Shown here: positions 1 through 9,437 of the stretch, one piece after another
Numbering within the stretch: position 1 is the first letter of the stretch
Layout: every line of letters starts with the position of its first letter
Assembly (NCBI GenBank): GCA_030523715.1
Contig: JAUNHY010000003.1
Location: 7,201-71,200 of the forward strand
Source: Candidatus Saccharimonadota bacterium
GTDB lineage: Bacteria > Patescibacteriota > Saccharimonadia > Saccharimonadales > Saccharimonadaceae
Reading direction: 5' to 3'
Length of the DNA: 64,000 bases
The notes under the pieces: model-generated
The model's input: only the letters and a program-made list of their open reading frames with translations
Told to the model about the DNA's origin: nothing
Databases searched by the model: none
Translations under genes and position numbers: made by a program

Positions 1-1
1 A

Positions 2-1075
2 GCTCCGGCCGAAAATCCTACTCCAGAAGCCCCAATCATCCCTGTTTTACCAGCAGACGGTACGCCGGCCAATCTAGCCCCAATTAATCTTCCACCAGCC
101 AATGCACCAGAAGCAGCTACGCCAGTTCCAATCCAAGTCCCGCAAGCTCCGACTGTGCCAACTCCAGAATCGGTAATCGTTGCGCCAGAAGTATCCCCAG
201 AAGAAGTAGCTCGCGAAACGCATGTAGCAGAGCCACTAAACGAAACAGACCTGAATCCGGAAGATCACGCAGCAGAGAATGCTATAGACGCTGCGCTTCA
301 GAAGGCAGCTGAGGCGGCCCGCCAACAAGCCGAAGCTACTGCACAGTTGAATCAGATGGTAGCTGCTAATACTCCAGCACAAAATCCTGTTATGACCGAG
401 CTTGCTGCTACTGGCATTAAGAATATTACTCCTCCTGGTCAAGCCACCCAAGCGCCAGCCTTGCCGAAAGATTATTCCGCCATGATGAATGAGGCGCTTG
501 CTGAGCCGCTCGTAGCCGAACCCGTACAGTCTCCGATTGAATCGGCGCCAGTAATGGCTCCACAGATGCCAATGCAGCAGCCTGTACAGCAGATGCAAAT
601 GCAGCAACCAATGCAGCAAGCTGCCGTCCCTCAGATGCAAATGCAGCAGCCTGTACAGCAGATGCCACAGATGGCAGCACCAGCCGAATATGCCGCACAA
701 TTACCGATGCCGGATCCGAACGGAATTCTACCACCACCGCCAGCCCCATTTGCTCCAGAAGCTTCGTTGCCAGTTGCTAGCCCGGCCGAGTTGCCGACTG
801 CTCAGGCTTATGCTGAACAGATTCAGGCTACTAACCCAATGGTCCAGACTGTTCCTACTATGCCAGCTACCGCTCCGGCCATGCCGGCGCCAGTACTGCC
901 AGTAGAAGCCCCAGTAACGCCAATCGCACCAGCCGTCCCAGAAGAAGAGCCAACTCTTAGTAATGGTTTGATGACCGGCCAGAGTGCTAGCCCAGCAGTA
1001 CAGGGCGTGAATCCGGTAATGCAGGATCAGATTTATCCATCAGATCCAAGCGCGTTCCGCATCCCTGGTATGTAG
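2..1075 (+). CDS. Pro/Gln/Ala-rich low-complexity protein, 5' end outside window
   Basis: Frame is open from the first bases of the window, with no stop upstream of the GTG at 155. Stop at 1073-1075. Repeated MQMQQPVQQM units. Followed by a hairpin terminator. Confidence 0.5.
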   Translation, partial: APAENPTPEAPIIPVLPADGTPANLAPINLPPANAPEAATPVPIQVPQAPTVPTPESVIVAPEVSPEEVARETHVAEPLNETDLNPEDHAAENAIDAALQKAAEAARQQAEATAQLNQMVAANTPAQNPVMTELAATGIKNITPPGQATQAPALPKDYSAMMNEALAEPLVAEPVQSPIESAPVMAPQMPMQQPVQQMQMQQPMQQAAVPQMQMQQPVQQMPQMAAPAEYAAQLPMPDPNGILPPPPAPFAPEASLPVASPAELPTAQAYAEQIQATNPMVQTVPTMPATAPAMPAPVLPVEAPVTPIAPAVPEEEPTLSNGLMTGQSASPAVQGVNPVMQDQIYPSDPSAFRIPGM

Positions 1076-1081
1076 TTAAAG

Positions 1082-1106
1082 ATCCCGCGATATCGCGGGA
1101 TTTTTG
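1082..1106 (+). terminator. Rho-independent terminator
   Basis: Perfect 20-nt palindrome atcccgcgatatcgcgggat followed by tttt. Confidence 0.7.
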
Positions 1107-1111
1107 ATGCT

Positions 1112-1423
1112 TTAAGCAAAATGCGTATGTTTAATGCGCCACTTCTTCAATGAAATACCGATCCAGAAGCTATAAATTCCTAAAGTAATAATCGTCAAAA
1201 GAAGCCATTTAATCCAGTTTCCAAATAATTGAGTAGCTTTTCCGTCGAATGTCAGTCTTTTTCCGTTGATGACGGTGTGCCTAGTCTCCCAATCGTAAAA
1301 CATACAACATGCCCATGGGAAACATATACCCAGCGTTAAAGTAGTTATGATACCGCCTAATAATCTCCAGCCTATTAACTGTAATAAGCCTCCGTCGAAA
1401 TATGACTCGTTTTCCTTACTCAT
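1112..1423 (-). CDS. Small membrane protein, DUF898/YjgN-like
   Basis: 103 aa. Two copies of the hydrophobic TLGI(C/Y).(P/F)W motif separated by a short loop, as I recall for the DUF898 repeat unit. Confidence 0.55.
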   Translation of the reverse strand: MSKENESYFDGGLLQLIGWRLLGGIITTLTLGICFPWACCMFYDWETRHTVINGKRLTFDGKATQLFGNWIKWLLLTIITLGIYSFWIGISLKKWRIKHTHFA

Positions 1424-1480
1424 TATTTGCCTCCTTCTAGCTCAATTATACAAAAAAGAAGCCAGCGGCTCCTATAAAAA

Positions 1481-1556
1481 TGGTCGGGGTTAGCAGGCTC
1501 GAACTGCTGACCTCGCGCTCCCAAAGCGCGCGCGCTACCAACTGCGCCAAACCCCG
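1481..1556 (-). tRNA. tRNA-Pro (anticodon UGG)
   Basis: Cloverleaf read by eye on the reverse complement: acceptor cggggtt/aaccccg, anticodon stem cgcgc/gcgcg, loop tttggga, T-loop ttcgagc, encoded CCA. Confidence 0.9.
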
Positions 1557-1597
1557 GCTAGCTATAACTATACCACAAAATATGCTAAAATTAAAGC

Positions 1598-3133
1598 ATG
1601 AAAAACTACTTGCAACGACGCAAGCGTATCTTTTGTTTGGTTGCGCCTGCTCTGATTGGCTTGTTGTATATAATCTTATGTTTTATAAATATTCGCCAGT
1701 CTATTTGGTTCGATGAATCCTACAGTTCATATATTACGCGCTTCGATTATCCAACAATGCTCAGATTCACCGCTGCAGATGTACATCCGCCACTTTATTA
1801 CATAGTTTTAAAGACTTGGGCGCACTTTTTTGGACATACGGATTTTGCAATGCGACTTTTGTCGGCATTTTTAGGCGCCGCAGCAATAGTTTTTGTATTC
1901 TTGTGGCTAAAATATAAGCATGGCGCTTCGGCCGCCATACTTGGCTCTCTGATGGTGGCAATCTCACCAGTTTTTGTACGTTATGGCCAGGAGATGCGCA
2001 TGTATACTATGGTCGCCTTAATTGTATTTGCGGCAACCTACATTTTGCAACTAGCAGTTGATAATGGCGCCAAAAAATGGTGGGTAATATACGCTATCTT
2101 GCTTGCGGCCGGAATGTATACGCACTATTTTGCGGCATTCGCATGGATTGCGCACTTAGTGTATCTCATAAAAATATATGGCAAAAAAGTATTTCAGAAG
2201 AAGATCGTTCTCGCTTATGTCGCGGCTGTTGTCATGTATTTGCCGTGGATACCAAGCTTTATTGCGCAGGCCACCACAGTCCAAAACGGATTTTGGATTA
2301 GTAAAGCTAATGCAACCAGTTTTATGGATTATTGGACGGAGGTATTCCTATACGATAAAGCGGTCAATATTCAAAACTGGCTTCTAGCATTGTTTATTGC
2401 CGTAGTATTAACGGTTGCCTATCTCGCAATCCGCTATCGCAAAAAGCTAGCCATGATTTTTTGTCTAGCCTTTGTCCCGCTTATTGTCCTTATTTTGCTA
2501 TCCATGCCACCGCTAGAATCAATGTTTATTTCACGCTACATTGTTTATGCCATGGTCGCGATTTCAATTTTGGAAGCTCTACTGATCGTATTATTTGCTC
2601 GCGAAAAAATGGCTCAAAAAATCAAAAAGGGAACGCCATTTTATAAATACCCCGCTGCACATATAGCAATTGTTGTCGCACTTTTTGTTAGCTGTAGTAT
2701 TTGTGGACTCAAATCCGTGTACGGATATGGTAACTATAATTTTGTTACGGACGTAAAACCAACCGCAAAGGAGGCTTTCGACAATCTTGTCGCATTAGAT
2801 AATGGTGAGAACCTATCCATTATTTCTGAAGACCCATGGCTCTACTATGACTTAGCCGTGTACACGAGTGACCAGCATAATGTTTACTTTATCGATGAGC
2901 AAACTAGCTACGAGTACGGGTCATTGCTCCCGCTTAAAGAAAGCTATTTTGGTAAAATTAACGACTTAGACAAATTTCTGGAAAAGCGTGATGCAGTTTG
3001 GTATATCGGCAAATATTCCAAGGATCAGCCACTTACTTTCCCACGTGAAGGCTGGCGCGTTACGACCGAAGCATCCTGGCGTTTCGATGAGCGTGGCGAC
3101 CGCTACGAAATCTTGAAATTGGAACGCGACTAG
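1598..3133 (+). CDS. Polytopic glycosyltransferase, GT39/PMT_2 (ArnT-like) family
   Basis: 511 aa with many TM helices. N-terminal DESYS...VHPPLYY motif region typical of dolichyl/undecaprenyl-phosphate-sugar-dependent glycosyltransferases. Soluble C-terminal domain. Confidence 0.7.
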   Translation: MKNYLQRRKRIFCLVAPALIGLLYIILCFINIRQSIWFDESYSSYITRFDYPTMLRFTAADVHPPLYYIVLKTWAHFFGHTDFAMRLLSAFLGAAAIVFVFLWLKYKHGASAAILGSLMVAISPVFVRYGQEMRMYTMVALIVFAATYILQLAVDNGAKKWWVIYAILLAAGMYTHYFAAFAWIAHLVYLIKIYGKKVFQKKIVLAYVAAVVMYLPWIPSFIAQATTVQNGFWISKANATSFMDYWTEVFLYDKAVNIQNWLLALFIAVVLTVAYLAIRYRKKLAMIFCLAFVPLIVLILLSMPPLESMFISRYIVYAMVAISILEALLIVLFAREKMAQKIKKGTPFYKYPAAHIAIVVALFVSCSICGLKSVYGYGNYNFVTDVKPTAKEAFDNLVALDNGENLSIISEDPWLYYDLAVYTSDQHNVYFIDEQTSYEYGSLLPLKESYFGKINDLDKFLEKRDAVWYIGKYSKDQPLTFPREGWRVTTEASWRFDERGDRYEILKLERD

Positions 3134-3152
3134 GGGTATAATTACGCTTAGT

Positions 3153-3228
3153 CGGGGCGTGGCGCAGTTGGTAGCGCGCGCGGTTCGGGACTGCGAGGTC
3201 GCCTGTTCGAGTCAGGTCGCCCCGACCA
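3153..3228 (+). tRNA. tRNA-Pro (anticodon CGG)
   Basis: Acceptor cggggcg/cgccccg, anticodon loop ttcggga, T-loop ttcgagt, encoded CCA. Shares a 23-nt identical D-arm segment with the Pro-UGG gene. Confidence 0.9.
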
Positions 3229-3241
3229 GATACATTATAGG

Positions 3242-3264
3242 TAGAGCAGAAATGCTCTATTTTT
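3242..3264 (+). terminator. Rho-independent terminator after tRNA-Pro
   Basis: Stem tagagca/tgctcta with a GAAA loop, followed by ttttt. Confidence 0.6.
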
Positions 3265-3272
3265 GCTAAAAT
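3264..3272 (+). promoter_or_regulatory. Extended -10 element (TGCTAAAAT), 9 nt upstream of ATG 3282
   Basis: TGnTAAAAT match. No Shine-Dalgarno between it and the start codon. Confidence 0.45.
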
Positions 3273-3281
3273 GAAAGTAGT

Positions 3282-4679
3282 ATGACGGATCGCAAAATCG
3301 TAGAGAGCATCTGTATGGGGAAGATGAACGATGCGGAAACCCGTAAATTCTTTCAATCTGCCCTAGACAATACTCGCAAAAAGAGCCTCGCCGACGTCTT
3401 TCCGGCGGCTTGCTATGTGGCATCAAAAACCAATAATTATGACTGTTTCAGCCTTGCACAAGAAATCATGAACCAGGTCTGGATTCGTCTTTCGCCATGG
3501 TTTAGCTATTGGCGTTTCGAGCATGTTGTCTACAACATTTTCTGGCCACGCGTTTGTAGTATTCGCAAAATTAAAATTCGCACAGCCGAACCAGACGATG
3601 ACGTCTTTTTCTGGGATTCCCTAAATTGGATTCGAAGTATTCGTAATATTAAGCGCTACAACCATGATTTATATCGCTATTTTGAAAGCCTTTCGCGCCT
3701 TGATGATGCGGCGCTGAGGGAGGTGCCGCTAGAACTAAAGGGGCGCGCACTCGAGATGAAAAATAAAAAAGCCACGCCAGAAGAACGCTTACGCAGCACG
3801 CTTGCCAGCAGCCAGATTCAGGACGCCGTATCAGAGTTTGCTTATGTCATTAATAGTACCGAAGAGGCCCGCATCCTGCTTGATTCGATTATTCAGAAAG
3901 ATGGTCTTATTGAACTCGATGATGGCGTAATTTGCATTAACAAGCTTCTGCGCCGCAATCGCAATAAACGCGTGCTCAAGTATGTATTAACGCGCATCCA
4001 AAACGAGAAATTTTTCTTTGCCGAGCGTGATTTGGCGGATTTTTATACTTCTGCCGCAATCGGCATCATGACCGATTATGAATTGCAAATCCTGAAAGAA
4101 TTAGCGCCAGGCCTCAAGGATAATTATCCAAATATCAGTGAAACTCTTAAGCTTGCACGCGATAATCTCGCGGCAGAGAAGTTCCAAACTGAAGCGATTC
4201 GTAATAGCGAAATCGTGAAAGAAACCATTAAAAAATACAGTTATCAGTACCATCCAGTTTACGATATGGATCGTTTTCACAAAATGGACGAAATATATTA
4301 CGAGACCGCCGTCAAGGAGCTTCGTGCTGGCCAAAAACGCAGCCATTATATGTGGTATTTATTCCCGCAACTGAAAGGGCTAGGGAAGAGCCTTAACTCC
4401 GAATATTATGGCGTCGAAGACTTAGATGAAGCCAAGCAGTACTTTGCCGATCCAGTTTTACGCGAGCACCTACTAAACCTATCACAGATTATTCTTGATT
4501 CTGATGTTCAAAATATTCAGAAATATTTACCGGACCCAGATTATCTTAAACTCCACTCTTGCATGACACTTTTTCGCCTCGTTTCACCACATCATACGGT
4601 ATTTAATAAGGTGCTCAACAAGTACTTCAATGGCGAACCAGACCGCGCCACACTTTACCTTCTTTCCAAAATCGATTAA
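3282..4679 (+). CDS. Two-part protein: unknown about 340-aa N-terminal region plus C-terminal DUF1810-like domain
   Basis: The C-terminal 120 aa carry RSHYMWYLFPQLKGLGKS...YFADPVLREHL...LHSCMTLF...FNGEPDRATL, which matches my recollection of the DUF1810 signature. Confidence 0.6.
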   Translation: MTDRKIVESICMGKMNDAETRKFFQSALDNTRKKSLADVFPAACYVASKTNNYDCFSLAQEIMNQVWIRLSPWFSYWRFEHVVYNIFWPRVCSIRKIKIRTAEPDDDVFFWDSLNWIRSIRNIKRYNHDLYRYFESLSRLDDAALREVPLELKGRALEMKNKKATPEERLRSTLASSQIQDAVSEFAYVINSTEEARILLDSIIQKDGLIELDDGVICINKLLRRNRNKRVLKYVLTRIQNEKFFFAERDLADFYTSAAIGIMTDYELQILKELAPGLKDNYPNISETLKLARDNLAAEKFQTEAIRNSEIVKETIKKYSYQYHPVYDMDRFHKMDEIYYETAVKELRAGQKRSHYMWYLFPQLKGLGKSLNSEYYGVEDLDEAKQYFADPVLREHLLNLSQIILDSDVQNIQKYLPDPDYLKLHSCMTLFRLVSPHHTVFNKVLNKYFNGEPDRATLYLLSKID

Positions 4680-4761
4680 TCATGGTATAATATAAAAACT
4701 ATTACATCAGTGTGTACGTACTTTTTGATTTGATGGGAAGATTCTAAAAGGAGGTGGTTGT

Positions 4762-5298
4762 ATGAACCTACCCAACAAACTCACCATGATGAGAGTCCTG
4801 CTAATCCCGGTGTTCGTAATCGCATTGCTTGTGCCAATAGGCATCAGCTGGCAAAAATGGATCGCCTTGGCGATTTTTATCGTAGCCAGTCTGACCGACC
4901 TTGCGGATGGGAAGATTGCACGTAAGTACAACCTCGTGACCAATTTTGGCAAATTCATGGACCCGCTCGCGGACAAACTGTTAGTCTGCGCGGCACTCGT
5001 CTGCCTTGTTAGCCTTGAGCGCATTCCGGCCTGGGTAGTGATTATCATCATCTCGCGTGAGTTCATCGTCAGTGGACTGCGTCTAATCGCGGTAGATCAA
5101 GGTGTCGTTATTGCTGCCAGCATGTGGGGCAAAGTAAAGACCGTTTTCCAGATGACTATGATTATCCTTATGCTCGCAGATATTGCGCAGCTTGCGCTTA
5201 TCACGGTCATAGTCATGTGGATTGCGCTCGTTTTAACTATTGTCTCCCTTGCTGATTACATCATCAAGAACATCCATCTCATCAACGACGCAATATAA
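4762..5298 (+). CDS. pgsA: CDP-diacylglycerol--glycerol-3-phosphate 3-phosphatidyltransferase
   Basis: CDP-alcohol phosphatidyltransferase motif DLADGKIARKYNLVTNFGKFMDPLADKL. Strong SD AAGGAGGTG upstream. Confidence 0.85.
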   Translation: MNLPNKLTMMRVLLIPVFVIALLVPIGISWQKWIALAIFIVASLTDLADGKIARKYNLVTNFGKFMDPLADKLLVCAALVCLVSLERIPAWVVIIIISREFIVSGLRLIAVDQGVVIAASMWGKVKTVFQMTMIILMLADIAQLALITVIVMWIALVLTIVSLADYIIKNIHLINDAI

Positions 5299-5302
5299 AA
5301 AA

Positions 5303-5323
5303 ATCCCCGGTTTATCCGGGGAT
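5303..5323. terminator. Bidirectional hairpin terminator between convergent pgsA and dgkA
   Basis: Stem atccccgg/ccggggat flanked by an A-run and T-rich sequence. Overlaps the last codons of the minus-strand gene. Confidence 0.55.
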
Positions 5324-5743
5324 AATTGCTTGCCACCAGGCAAAACCCGCCAAGTGACAAACGATGAAACCGATCACGCAAATGATGTAGACCAAATGAC
5401 AGATCCATACGGCTGCCGATGCCAGGTCTTTCGAACGCTTCACGCGCTCATCTTCTTCCAATGTTACCAAATCATTGACTTCCTCTACGGCCGTATTCAT
5501 AGTCTCGGTTATAAACAGCCAAACCAAGAACAATGCCATGATGATATATTCCAAAGGAATGAAGTGAAAGATCAAGCCAATCGCCACTCCGACGCCAAGC
5601 TCAATCGGCGCGAGCTGCCTTACGGTGCTGGATTCCTTGAACATGATCTTCAGTCCGTTGTTTGAATCAGAGATGTTGCGGTAAATCTGATAGAAGACGT
5701 TCTTCTTATCTGGTTTCTTGAATCTCAAGGTACTCACCCCCAC
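5312..5743 (-). CDS. dgkA: Prokaryotic diacylglycerol/undecaprenol kinase family protein
   Basis: Three-TM small protein with an ETMNTAVEEVNDLV segment (E..NTA.E..VD motif of the DAGK_prokar family). The exact start (GTG region) is uncertain. Confidence 0.7.
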   Translation of the reverse strand: MGVSTLRFKKPDKKNVFYQIYRNISDSNNGLKIMFKESSTVRQLAPIELGVGVAIGLIFHFIPLEYIIMALFLVWLFITETMNTAVEEVNDLVTLEEDERVKRSKDLASAAVWICHLVYIICVIGFIVCHLAGFAWWQAIIPG

Positions 5744-5907
5744 TAGGAAAAATTAGCAGCCAAAAAGCCACCATCTTTAATTATAGCACAAACATCCCAA
5801 AAAGTCAATGGAGCGCTAAGGTCGCCAACCCCTTGAAATAGTGCTATACTAAGATATAGTCGCATGAGTTTTATGTGCAAGATTTAGATTATTATTTAGG
5901 AGTGTAA

Positions 5908-7803
5908 ATGCCAGAATACAAAAATACTGCCGGCAAGAAAAAGCCACAAAAAAATAACAATATTACCAATGCTATTCGCGTCCTATTCTTTTGGGTTATT
6001 GTTGCTGTTTTTGTCGTTGCTGTTTTCGGCGGTTTTAATCTCAATAATAGTAAAGTAACCGAGGAAGAAAAAACCCTCACCGAAGTGTTAACACTCGTTA
6101 ATGAAGGTTCCATTGAAAAGATTGTCGTTAAGGGCGACGAGCTTCATGTCGTTCCAAAAGAAAACGCCGACATGAATCCAATCGTTTCACGCAAGGAATC
6201 CGGCAGCTCACTTCAGGAGCAGGGTTTCGCCGACGCCGTAAAAGAGGGTAAGGTTAATATTGAGGTTCAGGAAAATGTCGATATGCTTGGCATTATTCTC
6301 GATGCTGCTCTAATTATTGTGCCGGTTGTCCTTCTTGGCGCATTCCTTATTTATATGGTTCGCCAAGCTCAAAACATGAACAATCAAAATATCGGTTTTG
6401 GTAAAGCCAAAGCACGTCTTTACGGCAACGAAAAGAAAAAAGTACTCTTCTCGGATGTTGCTGGTAACGAATCTGCCAAGCAAGACCTTGCCGAGGTGGT
6501 TGATTTTCTCAAAAATCCAAAAAAATACGAGCGCCTTGGCGCTAAGATTCCGCGCGGCGTTCTCCTCGCCGGTGAACCTGGTACAGGCAAGACTCTCATG
6601 GCGCGTGCCGTAGCTGGCGAAGCCGGTGTGCCATTCTTCTCGATTTCCGGTTCCGAATTCGCCGAGATGTTCGTTGGCGTCGGTGCTTCTCGTGTTCGTG
6701 ATCTCTTTGGTAAGGCAAAGAAAAATGCCCCAAGCATTATCTTTATTGATGAGATTGATGCTGTAGCCCACAAGCGCGATGCGCGTGGTGGCGCCGGCCG
6801 CGAAGATGAGCAAACACTCAACCAGATTCTCGTCGAGATGGATGGTTTCGATAATGATACCGGCGTCATCGTGATGGCCGCCACAAACCGTGTCGATATG
6901 CTCGATAAGGCTTTGCTCCGTCCGGGTCGCTTCGATCGCCATGTCAACGTCGCTTTACCAGAGCGTAAAGATCGTGTCGATATCCTTAACGTTCACTTCA
7001 AGAACAAACCAGTCGCAGATGACGTAAATCTTGATGCGCTCGCCGCTAAAACTGCTGGTTCCAGCGGTGCTGATTTGGCAAACATCGCCAACGAAGCTGC
7101 CATTACCGCTGCTCGCGAAAACCACAAAGTTATCACTAATGCAGATGTGACAGAAGCCTTCGAGCGTGTTGCTATTGGTCCAGAACGCAAGTCTAAGGTT
7201 ATGAACGACCAAGAGCGCAAGATTACTGCTTATCATGAGGCTGGTCACGCTATCGTCGGCCATGTTTTACCAGATTCTGACCCTGTTCATAAAGTTACAA
7301 TTATCCCACGCGGCCACGCTGGTGGTGTTACTTGGTTCCTTCCGCCAGAAGATCGCAGCTACAAGAATATCTACGAACTCAAAGATGTCCTTGCGCGTGC
7401 TATGGGCGGCCGTGTTGCCGAACGTATGATTTTCGGTGAAGATGGCATCACTACCGGTGCTAGCTCCGACTTACAGCATGTTGCCGAACTCGCTCGCGAG
7501 ATGGTGGCCGAAGAGGGTATGGGCGCTAAACTTCGCGACCAAGTTTTCAATACCGAAGAAGTAAACTTCTTTGGCGATCGCGCCAAAATCTATTCCGAAA
7601 AGACTTCCGAAATTATCGATGCGGAAATCGAGGCTCTCAATAAAGAAGCTGGTACCCGTGCCGAAGCTGTTCTTAAGGCTAATCGCAAATATCTTGACGC
7701 CCTTGCAAAAGAGCTACTCGAGAAAGAAACTCTCGAAGAGACTGAAGTTGCCGAAATCCTCAAAGGTACTACGCTTCCAACTGCTGCAAAATTACACGAT
7801 TAA
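5908..7803 (+). CDS. ftsH: ATP-dependent zinc metalloprotease FtsH
   Basis: N-terminal TM pair, Walker A GEPGTGKT, Walker B IIFIDEID, zinc site HEAGH. SD TAGGAG upstream. Confidence 0.97.
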   Translation: MPEYKNTAGKKKPQKNNNITNAIRVLFFWVIVAVFVVAVFGGFNLNNSKVTEEEKTLTEVLTLVNEGSIEKIVVKGDELHVVPKENADMNPIVSRKESGSSLQEQGFADAVKEGKVNIEVQENVDMLGIILDAALIIVPVVLLGAFLIYMVRQAQNMNNQNIGFGKAKARLYGNEKKKVLFSDVAGNESAKQDLAEVVDFLKNPKKYERLGAKIPRGVLLAGEPGTGKTLMARAVAGEAGVPFFSISGSEFAEMFVGVGASRVRDLFGKAKKNAPSIIFIDEIDAVAHKRDARGGAGREDEQTLNQILVEMDGFDNDTGVIVMAATNRVDMLDKALLRPGRFDRHVNVALPERKDRVDILNVHFKNKPVADDVNLDALAAKTAGSSGADLANIANEAAITAARENHKVITNADVTEAFERVAIGPERKSKVMNDQERKITAYHEAGHAIVGHVLPDSDPVHKVTIIPRGHAGGVTWFLPPEDRSYKNIYELKDVLARAMGGRVAERMIFGEDGITTGASSDLQHVAELAREMVAEEGMGAKLRDQVFNTEEVNFFGDRAKIYSEKTSEIIDAEIEALNKEAGTRAEAVLKANRKYLDALAKELLEKETLEETEVAEILKGTTLPTAAKLHD

Positions 7804-7812
7804 GGAGTAAAA

Positions 7813-8472
7813 ATGGCTCGCTCAAAAAACCGCGAACAAATCGAATTTGAAAATCGCAAACAACTTTTCAAGCTCGGCGGTTTGGTATTTGGCGTATTAG
7901 TCATAATTGCCATAGTAGCTTGGATTATCGAGGCTCCAAAAACTGCCAAAGTCAATGTTCTGGTTGCGCCATTGGATGCTAAGGTCACAATTGGCGGCAA
8001 GTCATTCAAGAACGGCACGCATCGTATCGAGCCAGGGACTTATGATGTCGAGATATCGCGCGACGAATTTGGTTCATACTCTGGTCAGATTGTTACCGAG
8101 GCAGGTAAAATAACGCGCCTCTATATATGTTTACAGAAAAATGAAGACAACGATGCATATTACGAGTCGCACCAAAAAGATTACGAAGCTTGCTATACCG
8201 TCCAAGAGTATCAGTCCGAGAAAGCCGAAAAGGACACTTATTCCGATCCGGTATTTAGTATTGCGCCATATCACAACTACGACAAGGGTTTTTATATTGA
8301 CCCATATATAGCTGACGATAATAGTGTGCGTATTCGCATCACGCTCATTACTTGTAACGCCGAACGTGCTGAAGGGCTTAAGCAAAACGCGCTTGAGTGG
8401 TTAGGCGGCAAGGGTATTGATACGTCTAAGTATGATTATGATTATCAAAGCTGCGCTTACGGAGATGAGTAA
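7813..8472 (+). CDS. Membrane-anchored hypothetical protein with a PEGA-like beta domain
   Basis: Single N-terminal TM, then VTIGGKSFKNGTHRIEPGTYDVEISRDEF. SD AAGGAG upstream. Confidence 0.5.
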   Translation: MARSKNREQIEFENRKQLFKLGGLVFGVLVIIAIVAWIIEAPKTAKVNVLVAPLDAKVTIGGKSFKNGTHRIEPGTYDVEISRDEFGSYSGQIVTEAGKITRLYICLQKNEDNDAYYESHQKDYEACYTVQEYQSEKAEKDTYSDPVFSIAPYHNYDKGFYIDPYIADDNSVRIRITLITCNAERAEGLKQNALEWLGGKGIDTSKYDYDYQSCAYGDE

Positions 8473-9410
8473 TGGAGAAAACCGAAAAACGTAAACGCGC
8501 CTGGCTAAGGGTCATTTTAAACTTACTGATAGTATTAGCTATAATTGGACTGGTCTATTTGCGCAGCCTAATCGCTGGCAAGGAATACTTCTTTATATCT
8601 TATGCACCTTTTTCGTCGACTGTGCGTATCGGTGATAAATATTACAAGAACAATTCCTACAATTACATTGAGCCGGGAGAATATGACCTTATCGTAGAGC
8701 GTGAACATTTCGCGACGGTTATCGATCATATCACAATACCGAATGAGTTTAATAGCGCGTACGGCGCGCTTGAATCTATCGACGACGAAGGTGATCGCAT
8801 CGCAGCCGAAGCAACTAAGGATTATCAGCAGGTCGGCAAAGGTTTAGCTTCCGAATCTTCGCCAAAACTCGAATATAAAATTGAGCAATATTTACCAATT
8901 CAAAACTCGCTCTATAAGATAGCTGGCAACTTCACTCCAGAGTTCGAAGATAGCGATAAGTTACTCTATAGTATCAATATCGAAGCTGGCGACGTCTATA
9001 TCGATTCAGCCGTAAAGAAACTTTTCAGTTTTATAGATAAGGATCCGGCACTCTCAGCATACGATATTCGCCTCTTGAATTACGAAAACCCATTTGCCGA
9101 ACGCGATTTTGTGTCCTTTACTGACGATCCAATTGAGTACGTCAAAAACACGTACGATACAACGATAGAAGAAGGCGATTATATCTTTACCGACACTATT
9201 AAAAGCGGTCGCTATGTCGGCGTAGTTATGTGCTCAAACAAAAATACTGGTAGCTCTACAATCTATAAAACTTCGCGCGTTATTATGAAGCGCGATGGGG
9301 ACAATTGGGCTATTCTTAGCGAGCCTTACCCGATCCTAACCAAGACAAGTTTACCGGATTTGCCGACCACATTTTTAAACCGCGTAAATCTCGTAAATTG
9401 TGGAGCATGA
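8472..9410 (+). CDS. Membrane-anchored hypothetical protein, N-terminal paralog of 7813..8472
   Basis: Same layout (TM, then VRIGDKYYKNNSYNYIEPGEYDLIVEREHF). Start overlaps the upstream stop (TAATG). Confidence 0.5.
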   Translation: MEKTEKRKRAWLRVILNLLIVLAIIGLVYLRSLIAGKEYFFISYAPFSSTVRIGDKYYKNNSYNYIEPGEYDLIVEREHFATVIDHITIPNEFNSAYGALESIDDEGDRIAAEATKDYQQVGKGLASESSPKLEYKIEQYLPIQNSLYKIAGNFTPEFEDSDKLLYSINIEAGDVYIDSAVKKLFSFIDKDPALSAYDIRLLNYENPFAERDFVSFTDDPIEYVKNTYDTTIEEGDYIFTDTIKSGRYVGVVMCSNKNTGSSTIYKTSRVIMKRDGDNWAILSEPYPILTKTSLPDLPTTFLNRVNLVNCGA

Positions 9411-9424
9411 CCATCCATCTAGGT

Positions 9425-9430
9425 TATAAT
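9425..9430 (+). promoter_or_regulatory. -10 hexamer TATAAT, 7 nt upstream of murJ ATG
   Basis: Perfect TATAAT with no SD before ATG 9438. Confidence 0.4.
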
Positions 9431-9437
9431 TAATAAG

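Noticed and set aside
236-749. Minus-strand ORFs (154 and 107 aa) in the first kilobase.
   Set aside because: They are antisense to the repetitive Pro/Gln/Ala-rich gene. Low-complexity repeats keep several frames open by chance.
6310-6947. Two long minus-strand ORFs (210 and 175 aa) inside ftsH.
   Set aside because: They are antisense to an unambiguous FtsH coding sequence, with no motifs and no start signals. The same reasoning applies to the antisense ORFs inside nrdD (21769-22263, 22549-23079, 23512-24036), gatB, murA, prfA (33974-34357, 34361-34831) and the 1188-aa gene (43798-44271, 44389-44784, 44983-45382).
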